This document shows, piece by piece, positions 28,643 to 42,363 of a stretch of DNA of 64,000 nt. The first letter of the stretch is position 1. Every line of letters starts with the position of its first letter. The DNA is taken from contig JBHGNT010000009.1 in NCBI GenBank assembly GCA_043228905.1, positions 6,324,001 through 6,388,000 on the forward strand, in the 5' to 3' direction. The notes beneath the pieces are model-generated. The model had not been told where the DNA came from. It saw only the letters and a program-made list of their open reading frames with translations, and did no database searches. The DNA is from Azolla caroliniana. Taxonomy: Eukaryota; Plantae; Polypodiophyta. A program made the translations under genes and the position numbers.

Positions 28643-29398
28643 TTTCTTCAAGGCGACCTTGAAGAACAGGTCTACATGATCCAGCCCCTCGGATTTCAGT
28701 CGGAGATGAACAAGTTGGTAGTGTGCCAATTTAAGAAGTCGCTTTACATCCTAAAGCAAGCCCCTCGTGCTTGGAATTCGAAGATTATGCACCGGTTGTG
28801 TAAGATGGGATTTGCGGCCTCCAAGTTGGACTCTTCGTTGTTCATCCGAAAAGGTCCGGATGGTCTAGCATGTATCCTGTTATATGTAGATGTATTTCTT
28901 CAAGGCGACCTTGAAGAACATGTCTACATGATCCAGCCCCTCGGATTTCAGTCGGAGATGAACAAGTTGGTAGTGTGCCAATTTAAGAAGTCGCTTTACA
29001 TCCTAAAGCAAGCCCCTCGTGCTTGGAATTCGAAGATTATGCACCGGTTGTGTAAGATGGGATTTGCGGCCTCCAAGTTGGACTCTTCGTTGTTCATCCG
29101 AAAAGGTCTGGATGGTCTAGCATGTATCCTGTTATATGTAGATGTATTTCTTCAAGGCGACCTTGAAGAACAGGTCTACATGATCCAGCCCCTCGGATTT
29201 CAGTCGGAGATGAACAAGTTGGTAGTGTGCCAATTTAAGAAGTCGCTTTACGTCCTAAAGCAATCCCCTCGTGCTTGGAATTCGAAGATTATGCACCGGT
29301 TGTGTAAGATGGGATTTGCGGCCTCCAAGTTGGACTCTTTGTTGTTCATCCGAAAAGGTCCGGATGGTCTAGCATGTATCCTGTTATATGTAGATGAT
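28643..29398 (+). repeat. In-frame tandem triplication (3 x 252 bp, 84 aa) of the Copia RT core
   Basis: Units start at 28643, 28895 and 29147; ORF 28625-29437 shows FLQGDLEE...LLYVD three times. Confidence 0.95.
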
Positions 29399-31512
29399 CT
29401 AGTCATCCCCGGACCCGGACTTGTTGAAATCGACTGAGTGAAGTCCCAACTGTTGGATGCTTTCGAAATGAAGGACCTAGGGACCTTCATTACTTCCTCG
29501 GGATCGAAGTGACCCATACCCCCGACGACATATTGTTACCTTAGCAACATTATGTGCTGAATATATTGTACATGTTCGGCATGACGGATTGCTGACCTGT
29601 CTCCACACCCCTGGACCGGAACCTAAAGCTTCGTCCCGACAGCGAGCTGGCCTGCGATGAGAAATGGTCCTGACAAATTGTCGGAAGCCTTATTTATTTG
29701 ACGATCACCTGACCCGATATTAGCTATCCGGTCGGAGCGATAAGTCAATTCATGCAGAAGCCGACTATGGAGCACATTCAGTGCACACACCGAATACTGA
29801 GGTATGTTAGTGGCACTAAGGACCGGGGATTGTTATACCAACATGGTATAACTGAGAAGCTAGTTGGATATACAGATGCCGACTGGGCCGGAAATGCCGG
29901 CGACCGTAGGTCTACTTCTAGATTCATGTTCTGTCTAGGTAGCGCGGATGTTGCGTGGAGGAGCAAAAAGCAGCCGACAGTGACATTGTTGAGCACTAAG
30001 GCTGAATATTGGGGCACTACTGTTGCCACTTGTAAAGCCATTTGGCTTCGAAGGTTGCTACAAGACCTCCGGATCGAAGTCCCAACTCCGATCCCGGTCT
30101 ACTGCGACAACATGAGCAACATGCAGCTAGGCACGAACCCTGTGTTTCATGCTCAGACGAAGCACATAGAAGTACATTATCACTTTGTGTGCGAGGGGGT
30201 CCTCATTGGTGAAGTAGAACTCTAGTATGTCCGGACGGATCGGCAGGTTGCCGACATCTTTACCCAGGCCGTAGGAACCGACAAGTTGCAACATTTTTCG
30301 GAGATGCTTGGTCTTCAACATCTCGACATGCCGCACTTGAGGGGGAGAAAGGAGGAGGAAACTAGAACGGAGACTGGGAAAACAGGTGATGGAACCGAAC
30401 AAAGAGTTGGAGAAGCAGGGGGAGACAAGAAGAAAAAGGAAGTTGAGTCGATTGAAGAAGTCGGCACATCCAATAAAGTCAGAACAAGCAGTGACGACGG
30501 AAGAGTCGAGAAGGACAGAGCCAACCGGAAGGCCAAGACCCGGACGTGGTCCGATGTGGTAAAGGGCTTGAAGATTGAGGACGAATTGGAGACAGCCAAT
30601 TCGGAGAAGAGCTAGAACGAATTGGAGTCACCCAATTCGGAAGCGGTGCTTGATTCGGAGGAGTCGGATCAACTGAGGGCCAAACGGACAAGGAGGTAGC
30701 AGAAGTCGACACCAACACAGAGGAACCGACGGGTCGAGACATGCCGAAGTTGTAACAACAAAGGAGTTGAGATGGGCCTTCTGTGCAGATAAGCCGACTG
30801 AGAAGGTCGACATGTGCGGAACTGGACGCGTCACGGGAAGACGAACCGGACCGGGCGAGCTGCGTGAGCCAGGTGGGAGGATGCCAGGGGGAGCCAGGAG
30901 AGGACCAACTACCACAAACACTGACACCATGATCCGACCTCAAGTTGAGGTTGAGGGGGAGTGTTGACGGGACAAGCTCAACCGGATCCGAATCGGTCGA
31001 ACAAGCCAGAGCTGGATCAGTGTCCGCAACTAAGAGCCAGATTGGAGAGACGGATCATGATGAACTAGTAGGCCGTTAGAGGCTTAGAATCTAGCCTAGT
31101 ACATAGGCATACTTTTAGGAGTCAATGTCAGTGTCACTTGTATGAGCATTGAAGTACGTGTCAGTACTTCTGTCAGTCCTTCATGGACTTGTATAAAAGT
31201 GCTCACTGAGCACATTGTATGTACATAGTGTTATTATTTTTTAATTGAGTTTTATGCTTTCTGCTCTCTCTCTCTCTCTCTTGTGTATTCTCTGTTCTTA
31301 AGCTTCCATTAAATCTTCATTCTCTACTTTTATTGTTGTAATCCGGCCAAGCCAGTTTATCTACAAGCTTCCGCACGCTATTCTTTACAGGGAGCTTCCA
31401 TGCCGAACAAGGTCGGCAAACATGGCCCATTACTTGCAACTATTGTGGGAAGGTTGGCCAATGCGAAGAGGAGTGCCGAAAGAGAAGAAGAGAGTCAGCT
31501 TCCACAACCCAA

Positions 31513-32419
31513 TGTCGTCAAAATCCGCCAATAAGCGCGGATCGTGAGGCAGAACCGCTGGGGTTCTGGATGGGAAGGATTTAGGGCTTAACACTTAATG
31601 TATTTTAGGCTTAAAGACGAGCGATTTCCCTCTAATAAGAGTAAATTGGTAGTATAAGAGATCGAATAATAGTTAATTACATTTATGCATAAGCAAATTT
31701 TCGAGTAGGAGATTATGTGAGATTGAATAATACTTAATAATGCTAATAAGTAAGAAAAGCTTAGATTACGAGAGTATGAATGACACTTAATTATCTTTAT
31801 ACATAAGCAATGTTTAAAATAAGAGAGCATAAGAGAAGAAACATGGAAAGTTTTTATTACTAAATCATCAATATAATGGACTTGTTTTAATACATGATTT
31901 TTTTTTTCTATCTCCCCTTTTGGGGTATAAGAGTATAAATCTTTTCTTATTCAATCCCTGTCTCTCTCTTCTTCTTAAAATAAGCTCTTATTTATAGGTT
32001 TACTATGGTTTGCTTTATTTTTCTCCTTAAAAAAAGCTTGTCTATATGAGTTGCGTTTTATTTCTATCACTATTTTATTTTTGTAAGTCTAAATTAGACA
32101 TGAAAGCTTTTTTTGGAAAGCCCTTTGAGTTAGCTTTCTTATAAATGTTTTCTTGTCTAATTTGGACACCGGATGAGGAAATTATGAGCTTTTTTCTCTA
32201 CCTTGCTCCTCAATTCCACGCCTTGCGTTTTTTTTGCGTTATTATTATTATTATTATTTTACTTTTTCTATTTTTTTCTACTTTTAAAAATTCGCTTTTA
32301 CCTTCTTATCTTTTCATCATTTATTACGAAAGTTGACTTCACAATATTAGTTTATTTCAACTACTACTTTATTCTTTTTTGGTGGTGGTTTCACGCTATG
32401 TGTTGAAAACATCACAACA
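31513..32419 (-). mobile_element. Solo LTR (907 bp) with 4-bp TSD
   Basis: TGTCG...CAACA ends; flanks CCAA/CCGA. Removing it restores host gag STTRQLTNYA in frame. Confidence 0.75.
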
Positions 32420-35272
32420 CCGACAACTCACAAACTATGCCACCAACTCCGAATACGACGATTACGATGGACTATTCGTAATGAGACATAGAGCGAACTC
32501 TATGTCGGCTTCCGACTCCACAAGAACCTCCAACTCGGAAGACATGTGGTTCATCAACTCCGGTGCCTAACATCATATGACGTCACACCAAGAGTGGTTT
32601 CGTGACTTAAGAATGTCGGATCGACCCAGTTACATAGAGATGGGAGATGACACCACACATCCCGACCAAAACAATTGCATTAAGAATGTCTTGCACGTGC
32701 CCACAATAACAAAGAATTTGGTCATGGTCGGCCAAATCGTGGAGCAAGGCATGCAAGTTCATTTCAACAATGAAGGATGCTTCATAGAAAAAGATGGCCG
32801 ACTCATAGCTAAGGGACGGAGAGAAGGCCGAATGTTCATTCTCAATTCGAACGAGGTGAAATCGGCAATGTATGCCAATGGTCTCAAAACCAAGATGAAC
32901 ATCGAGTTGTGGCACAAACGAATCGACCACATCAACCTCCAACGGCTTTGCGCGATGCAATAAAAGGGATTCATCATCAGACTTCCAGCATTTGAGTCGA
33001 AACGAGTCGATCGAGTGTGTGAAACATGTCAACTCGGCAAACAACATCGACTCCCATTTCCAAATGAGAGCTACGTAAGCAAAGGCCTCCTTGACGTCAT
33101 CTACTTAGATGTATGGGGACCGGCCTAAATGTCGACGATCGGAGGATGCCGTTACTACATCATCTTCATCGACGACTACTCCTGCTACACGTGGATTTAC
33201 CCAATGAAGAAGAAGAGTGAAGTGCTCTCCCACTCCTAAAAGCTCAAGAGCCAAGTCGGAAAAGAAACCGGTCGGCACATTCGATGCGTACGATCAGATG
33301 GAGGCAATTAGTACTTCTTTGAGGAATTCATCTCGTACCTCCAAGGTGAAGGCATTCGGAGAGAATTTTCATGCCGACACACGCCCCAACAAAATGGAGT
33401 AGCCAAAAGAAAGAATCAACACATACTCAAGATAGCACGCGCCATGATGCATGAGAAGCATATGTTGAACTTCTATTGGGCCAAAGCGGCATCCACAATT
33501 GTCTATCTCATGAATTGGTGCACTAGTAATGGAGTGCATGAGCTAACTCCATATGAGCTCCTTGTTGGAAGGAAGTTGATCCTGTCGCACCTCAAAGTGT
33601 TCGGAAGCATTGCGAATGTATGCATCACGAATGAAAAATGACAGAAGCTCGATGTGAAGTCAGAGAAATACTTGCCCAACAAAAAGGCATACGAGTGCTT
33701 CAACCCTTTGACCCGATTGGTTCGGGTAAGTTGGGATGTTATTTTCGACAAATCGACATCTTGGTATAAGCCCAGTTTGGCTCCATCCAAACCAACCGAG
33801 GAAGAGTTGGATGTCAACTCGGATGATGATATTCGGCCAAGTCCTCTACCAAAGGACAATCCAAGGTCTACTGAGCTAAGTGGACCACCCGAGCCTTTAA
33901 TCAACCAAAGCACGTTGTGGCCAAGTCTGAAATCGGACAAAGGTAAAGGTACGATGCCCGAATACGAAGTCGACCACCCCGACGACAATGATTCGGATGT
34001 GTCGGCTCGCTCACTAGACAAAGAGTTTGGTGTACCCATCATGCAGACACCCAATGTAAAGAAGGTGCTCATGTTGGCAAACAAAAACTTCAACACTCAT
34101 GTAGAGAGAAGAACCCTGTCACTCGGTTTGGCTACAACAAGTATATGGCCCATCACTATACCTTCGCGATGAAGGGGGTGGCCGAATGAGAGCCCGTAAG
34201 CTTTATGGAAGCGGCTCATGACCACCAAAGGATGGAAACCATGGATGACGAGATGTAAGCACTCGGCCCTTGACCATTTGATACTACAAGCCTTCATCTC
34301 AGGCTTGAGGGGGAGGAACCAAAATTGCCACATCCACGGAAATGCCGACACCGAAAGCCGAACAAAAGCCGACATCGAAAGCTTGACAACGCCGAAAGAA
34401 AATCAGATGTTGGACGTCTCATACTTGAGTTGAGGGGGCATGTTGAGATATCAAGCTCAACTAATCTTAGACATTTAGTTAACTACGTAACTTAGTAGTT
34501 ACCTAGATAGAATCTAGTTAGAAGTGTTGACTATAAAGCCTTAAATTGTCAAGATTCGAACTCTTGACGTGACCATGTTATAATTGAGTGTTATGTGTTA
34601 ACCACACATCTAGCATATAATCATGTATATACTTCCTCATTGTAGGTTTTAGCTAGCATCATGTGCATAATTCCTCCCTTGTATTATTTACACTTGGCAC
34701 ATGTATGCGTACCTACTGCCTACATGCTCTATTGTATCATATGCGTGTAAGAGGTATGCATGCCACTTAGTATAAATAGTTGAGTTCACCTTGAAGAAAT
34801 TCAAGGTGAACAACACCAGTCATGGACATATCAATCTAGTATTCCCATTTCGCCCATCCTCTATCCTTGATCTTCATCTCTACCTTTATGCTCTTGTGTC
34901 ATTACCCATCTTAAGTTCCTTGCGTCATCGCCCTGTCATAGCCTCATCATCCGTGCTCCGTCTTAGTCCGCGCTTGGTGTGTCCATGACATAAATAGGAT
35001 TCTGTACTTAAGCGAGATAAATTCTAGATCCTCTACTCCCAATAACATTTAATATAGGACTTACACCTTTGTACCTATATTCTCCTTACACATGTGCACC
35101 CTTACACATGAGATCTATATATACCTCATTGTGGGTATTTTTGCAACTTGATGACGCTTATTAATATAGAGAAAGGTCTTTAGCTACACTCTTGTTAATC
35201 ATCCCCCATTTTTTGTTCATAAGTGTAACTTTCTCTCTCTCTTCCTCTCACACACATACACACACATCATAT

Positions 35273-35851
35273 TGTAGAGAAATCGTTGCGGAATATAAAA
35301 CACAATAGATGGACAACGCTGAAATACGAATCACACTCCGAATAACAGAATAGAAACGATAAACAATGGTGCCTAGAGATTTACGTGGAAACCCTAAAAT
35401 GGGGAAAAAACCACGGGAGAACAAAAACTTCACTATACAAGGTGGATATACAACACAGAGATGATTACAACACTCTCTGTTGAGTGCATCAGCCGCACGG
35501 GGCTCTTCGCGTCCGTTGTTACACACACAACTATGGCAAGACTCTCACTCACACACTCTCTCTCTCTGTTGCTCTCCTGCACACAACACTGTTCGTCACT
35601 ACATCATTCAACATGTTTGCCCTAGTTGCATATATACTTATGCAACTTTCCGGTTATTTACATATGTAGCCCTCATGGGGCAAACACTAAGACTATTTAC
35701 AAGTATAGTCTCCCGAGTTGGTTATATACACAATTCCGGTTTCAGCCTCGGCCGAGTTCCTCATCAACTCGGCTCCTATTTTCCAACTCTTCGACTGTCG
35801 GCTTTCCGAACAGTCGGATCATCCTCCCACTGGAGGGACATATTCCCAACA
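35273..35851 (-). mobile_element. Solo LTR (Copia D-related) inside the 3' LTR of element A
   Basis: TG...CA ends; TSD CATAT; shares TTTACGTGGAAA..CCTAAA..GGGAAAAAACCACGGGA with the 23054-23617 LTR. Confidence 0.88.
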
Positions 35852-36210
35852 CATATAATCTTTTGTGGCTTAATCACATACGTGATTAACTACTCACATA
35901 AGTAGACACTAATTAACCCTTAGTTAATTACCTAATTATTGACAAGGAGGCTAGCTACCTTCTTATCAAAGAGGAGGCTTGAGTTATGTTGAGACTATGA
36001 TAGTGGCTATGGCTCTTGTTAGCTAAGCATGTGCGATCCTCGTAGGACCCAAGGTATGACTCACATTAACCCTCAATGGTATGGTACATCAAGGTTTGGG
36101 TCCATCTTACATTGTTGTTAGGGGGTGGTCGGGTGGTTTGGCACCACTCTTTCATTTCTTTAGTCTATAATTCATTATGTTTTGCTTAATTAATTAGTTA
36201 AACTCTAACA

Positions 36211-37519
36211 GACCACAACTTTCAGGCTTCTGAAAAGCTTTCAAGCTCTTGTTTGACTGTTACCTTCATCATGAAGGCATAGGGTGTGCCATATAATCAT
36301 TGTAGCCGAATCGAGTAACCAGATTCTTCTCTCTAGAGGAGCGTCATAGTTTTTTGTTTGTAGATGCCAATGCCTTCTTTACGTTAGGGGTCTGCATAAT
36401 GGGCACTCTGAACTTACTGTCTAGCGAGCGGGCCGACTCGTTTGAATCACTTTCGTCACGGCGGTCAGGGGCTGATCGACTTCATATTCGGGCATCTTAC
36501 TTTTACCTTTGTCCAAACCGACCGTTGGTTGAGATATGCTTCCGATGCTTGGAAGCTCTTGTGGTCCGCTCATCACGGTTGAGCTCGGAATTTCTCGTGG
36601 TACTGTTTGTGGCCGAATGTGGTCATCCGACTTGGCATCCAACTCTTCCTCGGTCGGTTCGGATGGAGCCGAATCAGGCTAATACCATGATGCCAATTCA
36701 TCAAAGATAACATCCCGACTTACCCTAACCACATGGGTAGAAGGGTTGAAGGACATGTATCCCTTTTGTTCGGACGAATATCCCACACGAATGCATTTTT
36801 CCAACTTCGGGTCGAGTTTTTGTCATTTTTCTTTCGGGATGTGGACATACGCGATGCTTCCGAACACTCGTAGATGCGACAATGTCAGCTTCTTTCCAAC
36901 ATACACCTCGTGTGCTCTAGTAGTTCTGCATTGATTCATAATGTAGACGGTTGTGGGTGCCGCTTCGGCCCAATAGTATTTTGGCATGTGCTTCCCATGC
37001 AACATGCCGCGTGCTACCTCGAGTATGTGCCAATTCTTTCTTTTGGCTACACTATTTTGTTGGGGTGTGTGTTGGCATGAAAATTCTCTCTGTATGTGAG
37101 ATATGAGATGAATTCATCGGAGTACTCCTTCCCTCCATCTGATCTTCGGTAGCAAATATGTCGGCTCGTTTCCTTTTCAACTTGATTCTTGAGCCTTTGG
37201 AAGTGGGAGAGCACTTTGCTCTTTTTCTTCATCGAGAAAATTCTCTCCATATGCGAGGTATGAGATGAATTCATCGGAGTACTCCTTCCCTCCATCTGAT
37301 CGTCGGTAGCAAATATATTGGCTCGTTTCCTTTTCAACTTGATTCTTTTTCTTCATCGAGAAGATCCAAGTGCATTGAGAGTAATCATCGATGAAGGTGA
37401 CATTGTCGAGGAAATCCTCATGCATTCGTGAAATGAAGCAAGACCACTAGGGTTCTGGACCAAACGGATTTGAAGTTTGTACTAGCATAAGTGAGAAAGT
37501 ATTTAAGATAGATAGATGG

Positions 37520-37553
<34 letters not shown>

Positions 37554-40103
37554 AACCCTTGACTTTAATTTTGAGAGACAAGATACATCACCAATAAGAT
37601 AACTAGATCTTTTATTAAATAATTTCTTTATTCAGTACATAGCTTGCCTCCCATTACACAAGCCCAACTAGAGGCTTTAATGGGCCTTTCCATGCAAAAA
37701 CCATGGGCTAAAACCACGGGCTAAAACCATGCACTCAAATGTTACTAGGCTTTAGTATTATTTTTATATTTACAAATGTTTTAGTGCACATCACACATGC
37801 ACATGTTTAACCTTACATCTAGCCTTCCTTTTACGATTCTCATTTCAGTCCTATTTACAACATGCTAGCATATGCATGTGATCATCACCCCTTTCACACG
37901 TGCGCATTGCACCTTCTTGATTTTGTCCGTTCCACACGATTTTCACACCGCTGTCGAAAATCTTCACGACAACATAGTATCGACATCCTCCGATGGTCGG
38001 CATTTGAGCCGGCCCTCATACATCCGAGTGGACTATGTCAAGGAGGTCGTTGCTTACGTGTCTCTCCTTTTGGAATGGAAGTCAATGTTGCTTGCTGAGT
38101 TGACATGCTTCACACACTCGGTCGACTTGTTTTGACTCACAGGCCAGAAGTCAGTTTACGACTCCCTTCAATTGCATAGCTCGGAGCCATTGGAGGTTGA
38201 TGTGGCCGATTCTCTTGTGCCACAATTCGATATTCGTCTCAAATTTGAGACCTTTGGCATACATGGACGATTTTAGCTCAGCCGAATCGAGAATAAACAT
38301 TCGGCCTTATCTCCTTCCTTTGGAGATTAGTCGGCCATTCTTTTCTATAAAGCAACCTCCATTGTTGAAGCGAACCTGCATGCCTTGCTCCATGATTTGG
38401 CTGACCATGACCAAATTATTCATTATTGTTGGAACGTGCAAGACATTGTTGATGGAATTGTTGTTGCCCTTGCCGAGAGGAACATTGCCGATATGCCGAA
38501 TGGTGTGTGTGCTGCCGTCTCCCGTCTCCATGGAGCCAGGTTGATTAGGCGTACGCAAGTCACTGAACCACTCTACATGGGATGTCATGTGATTTGAGGC
38601 GCCCGAGTCAACGGATCATACTTCTTCTTATGTAGACGTGTTGGCCGAACTGGATGCCGACATGGTGTTTGCTTTGTGGTTCATGATTAACATGCCTCCG
38701 TAATCTTCGAATTCAGAATTAGTGGCATAGTTAGTGACTTCCTGACTTGTGGAAGCCAACACACTTCTTTTCTTTCGGCACTCCTTTTCGTGGTGGCCAA
38801 TCTTACCACAATAGTTGCAAGTAACGGGTTTGATTTGCCAACCATGTTCGGCTTAAAAGCTCCCTCTTCTTCCGATTCAGGTTCCTCTAGCATTTCCATT
38901 TTCTTGTCAAAGGGTTCAGTTTTTTTCATGATTCCAGCCGACTCGTCCTCCTCTGCCTTGGCCGAAACGATCTCTTCTGCCTCGACTATGTCCTCGACCA
39001 CCTTCCGAGTTCGAGAAGAACATCCGTCCTTCTGACATCTTGCTCTTAGATCAAATATGATTTTCTTCGACCAATAACATGGATTGAAGGTCAAAGAACG
39101 AAGGAGGGTTCTTCCTCGCTAAGATTGACGTCCTTATTGGGTCGAACCGTTGTGCGAGGCCATCCAAGCACACTTGCACCATCTCGTCCTCTTCAATGTT
39201 TATGTTGATGGACCTAAGTGAATCGTAAATGCTCTTGATCTTGCATGTGTAGTCTGACATGGACATGTCTTTTTGTCGAATGTTGTTCAACTCTTGCCGG
39301 AGTTGAAGCTTGTGAGTGGTCGTGTTGGTGACAAATATTTTCTTCAAGTTCTCCCACGCTTCTTTAGGCATCTTGGCGTCTCGAATGTGACAGAGCATGT
39401 GATCGTGGACCATGTTGGGTAACGTTGCTCCTTGCTCCCATGTTGGGTAGTTGGCGTTTGTAATGTCGGGTTTGTTTTCAAGGGCGCCATTGATGTGCTC
39501 CAATATCCTTGGCCGACTAGGTATTGGTTCATCTTGTACTCCCAAGATAAGAAATTGCTCCAACCTAGCTTTTCACTAGGGAGTGAGCTACCAATATGTG
39601 TGTTCATGTTGATATAGTGTCTTCTCTCCCGGTTTTTACTTCTTCAATCTTGATATAGCGGATAGCCGGAGTTGTCGTCTACGTCTCGAGCACACACTCC
39701 CTATGAGTCGGGTGGGCTTAGTGGATAGGCTAAACTACACACTCTGATACCATGTTAATAACTAGGTAATTAAGTGAGAGTTAATTAGCATCTAATTATG
39801 TGAGTAGTTAATCACGAATGTGATTAAGTAGCAGAAGATTATATGATATAAGTGTGTGTAGATGTAGGAGAGACGGAGAGAAAGTACACTTATAAACACT
39901 AAGCGAAGATGGGAGATTATTTACACAAGAGTGACTCAAGGAACTCTTACTTATATTAAAAAGACATCAAATTACAAAAATACCCACAATGAGGTATATA
40001 TAGATATCATGTGCAAGGGTGCACATGTGTGGAGGAATATAGGTACAAGGATGTAAGTCCAATATTAAATGTAATTGGTAGTGGAGGATCTAGAATGTAT
40101 CCA
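36211..40103 (-). mobile_element. Ty1/Copia element C (same family as A), 5' half
   Basis: Partial 5' LTR 39753-40103 homologous to LTR A; PBS TGGTATCAGAG at 39752-39742; gag-PR-INT remnants; 157-bp tandem duplication at 37081/37238. Confidence 0.88.
37404..37971 (-). mobile_element. Solo LTR (568 bp) with 4-bp TSD
   Basis: TGTCG...CGACA ends; TSD ACAT. Removing it restores integrase GCRYYVTFIDD. Confidence 0.88.
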
Positions 40104-42363
40104 TTCACCAATTGAAGAATACACACCAAATAAATCGACACCAAGGAGATCTAAACTAGTCTGATGGTCAACAAAGTTTTATATGGACGCAGACAAACCT
40201 AGCTCCTACAAGGAAGCAATAGATGCGCTAGACGCCGACACATGGCTACAAGCCATGAGGTTCGGAATGGACTCGATAAAAGAGAATGATACATGGGAGT
40301 TGGTCAAGTTACCAACTGCAAGGAAGCTGCTACCTTGCAAATGGGTCTTCAGGTACAAATATGTATCTAGTTCAGAAAAGCCCAAATACAAAGCTCGACT
40401 TGTCGTGAAAGGGTTCAAACAAGAACACGACATCGACTACGCATGATATTGTCTTCGATAGTCAAAATGACGACCCTCCGGCTCCTACTCGGAGTTGTGG
40501 CGACGGAAAACCTTGAGCTGGAGCAGCTAGATGTGAAGACGATGTTCCTACACGAAGATCTAGGAGACGACATTTACATGTCCCAACTGGCAGGCTTTAG
40601 TGTGACAGGGGAGGAAGGTCACATCACATGCCGACTAAAGAAAAGCCTTTACGGCTTGAAACAAGTGTCCAGGATGTGGTATCAGCAATTTGATTCCTAC
40701 ATCCGGTAGCTTGGCTACAGTCGGTCGGACTCTGATCCATGCATGTATATTTGGCAACTAGCCGACAAGTCCAAGATCTACCTGATCCTTTACGTCCAAC
40801 AACAACAAAGTAGAGATCCAAAAGTTGAAGTTGATCCTTCATGAGAAATTTTCAATGAAGGAATTTGGAGAAGCTCGACACATATTGGGCATGCGGATAG
40901 AGTGAAACCAGACAAACAAAATCCTCTTGGTCTCCCAATTTGATTACTTTCGGAAGGTGCTGAAGTGCTTCAACATGGAGAATGCAAAGCCTGCACCGGC
41001 ACCGCTTCCAATGTCGTATCGACTATCAGACAATGATTTTCCATCCACACAGGAGAAATTTATCATGAGCTCAATTCCCTACGCATTAGTCGTAGGAAGT
41101 CTCATGTACATGATGGTGGCAACCCGACCAGACCTTGCCTACATCGTAGGAGTCACCAACTGCTACATGTCAAATCCCAGACGGAAGCACTAGGAAGCTA
41201 TGAAACACATGTTCTAGTACCTTACAAGGCACTGAACATCTACAACTGACTTTCGGATCGGACTAACCTACTGATTCAGGCTTCACAAATTTTGACAATG
41301 CCAGCAACCCCGACAATTAGAAATCTACGTCAGGAGATGTCTACACCTATGGCGGCGATGCCATCTCATGGAGGTCAAAGGATCAAGATTGTATGACACT
41401 CTCGACAACAAAGGCCAAATACATAACCGCATCAGAAGTAGCCAAGGAAGCTATTTGGTTGCATCGACTATCAACCGATTTTTTGGCTAATAGCCGATCA
41501 ACCATCTGGCACCGACCTTACATTGCAACTCTCAAAGCGCAATACATCTCATATGGAATCCGGTGTATCATGCGAAGAAAATGCATATTGAGGTACGGTA
41601 CCACCATATCCAAGAGCTAGTCACTGACAAGAAGCTCAAAGTTCGGAAAGTGGATATCGAGGTGAACATCACCAACAACCTGATGAAGCTACCCCTAGAT
41701 AAATGTTTCAACATGCTAAGAGGAAAAATGGGACTACAACAAGTAGACGAGCAAACCGGAGTCAAATATGAAGGAGCAAAAGGTAAGTCGAGAATCGACA
41801 CGGCCAGACAAGCTGAAACGGCAAAGTTGAAAGATCCCAACAACGAAAGGCTGTAGACGTAGCTGAGTGCAAGAAAGCCGAAAGGATAGTGGATGATCAA
41901 AGGGCAAAACGAGCCGGAAGTCGATCACCACTTCGACAAAAAGCACAAGGACCAGCATATGTGGGGAGCCGATGGCTTAGAGGCCAAAACCGAATCGGCT
42001 AAAGCCGACTTTACCTCTATTGGTTCAACTACTAGCTGAGCGGCTTGTAACATACAAATTGTAGTTTTTCAAATGTAACTTAAGCTTACGAGGGAGCTAA
42101 CCCCATCACATTGTATGTAATTAGAGTAGTCCTTTTACGGGAGAGTTTGTTGGACCAACTGCTCTACCCAAACTCCTAGTGTGAACACACTAACTTAGTT
42201 AGGGCTTTATATAAAAGCATGTAACTGAGTCTTGTATCACTAAACCCTAAACCCTAAACCCTCAGTTGCTCCTTGTTGTTTTGCTAGACTTATTAATAGA
42301 TCCTACTTGCTTCTTGCAACTAGTCGCCTCTTCAACTGCATCAAGTCGGCTTTGTCTTCAACA
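40104..42363 (+). mobile_element. Degenerate Ty1/Copia (RT-RNase H plus putative 3' LTR ~41960-42363)
   Basis: KARLVVKGF, QLDVKT, TRPDLAY, LSTTKAKY motifs; LTR-like end TCTTCAACA; TATA at ~42208. Confidence 0.82.

Larger units (their letters stand above)
22882..31389 (+). mobile_element. Ty1/Copia element B (degenerate)
   Basis: TSD GGGAG (22877-22881, 31390-31394); partial 5' LTR 22882-23053; gag-PR-INT-RT-RH 26040-30350; 3' LTR 30962-31389 after PPT TTGAGGGGGAG. Confidence 0.9.
17401..35944 (+). mobile_element. Ty1/Copia element A (degenerate, RT/RNase H deleted), host of several nested insertions
   Basis: TSD AGGAG (17396-17400, 35945-35949). 5' LTR 17401-17539 is internally deleted; PBS TGGTATCAGAGC (iMet) at 17540. 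gag/PR/INT pieces at 17720-18021, 22637-22881, 31390-31512 and 32420-34270 rejoin across the inserts. PPT TTGAGGGGGCA; 3' LTR 34441-35944. Confidence 0.9.
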
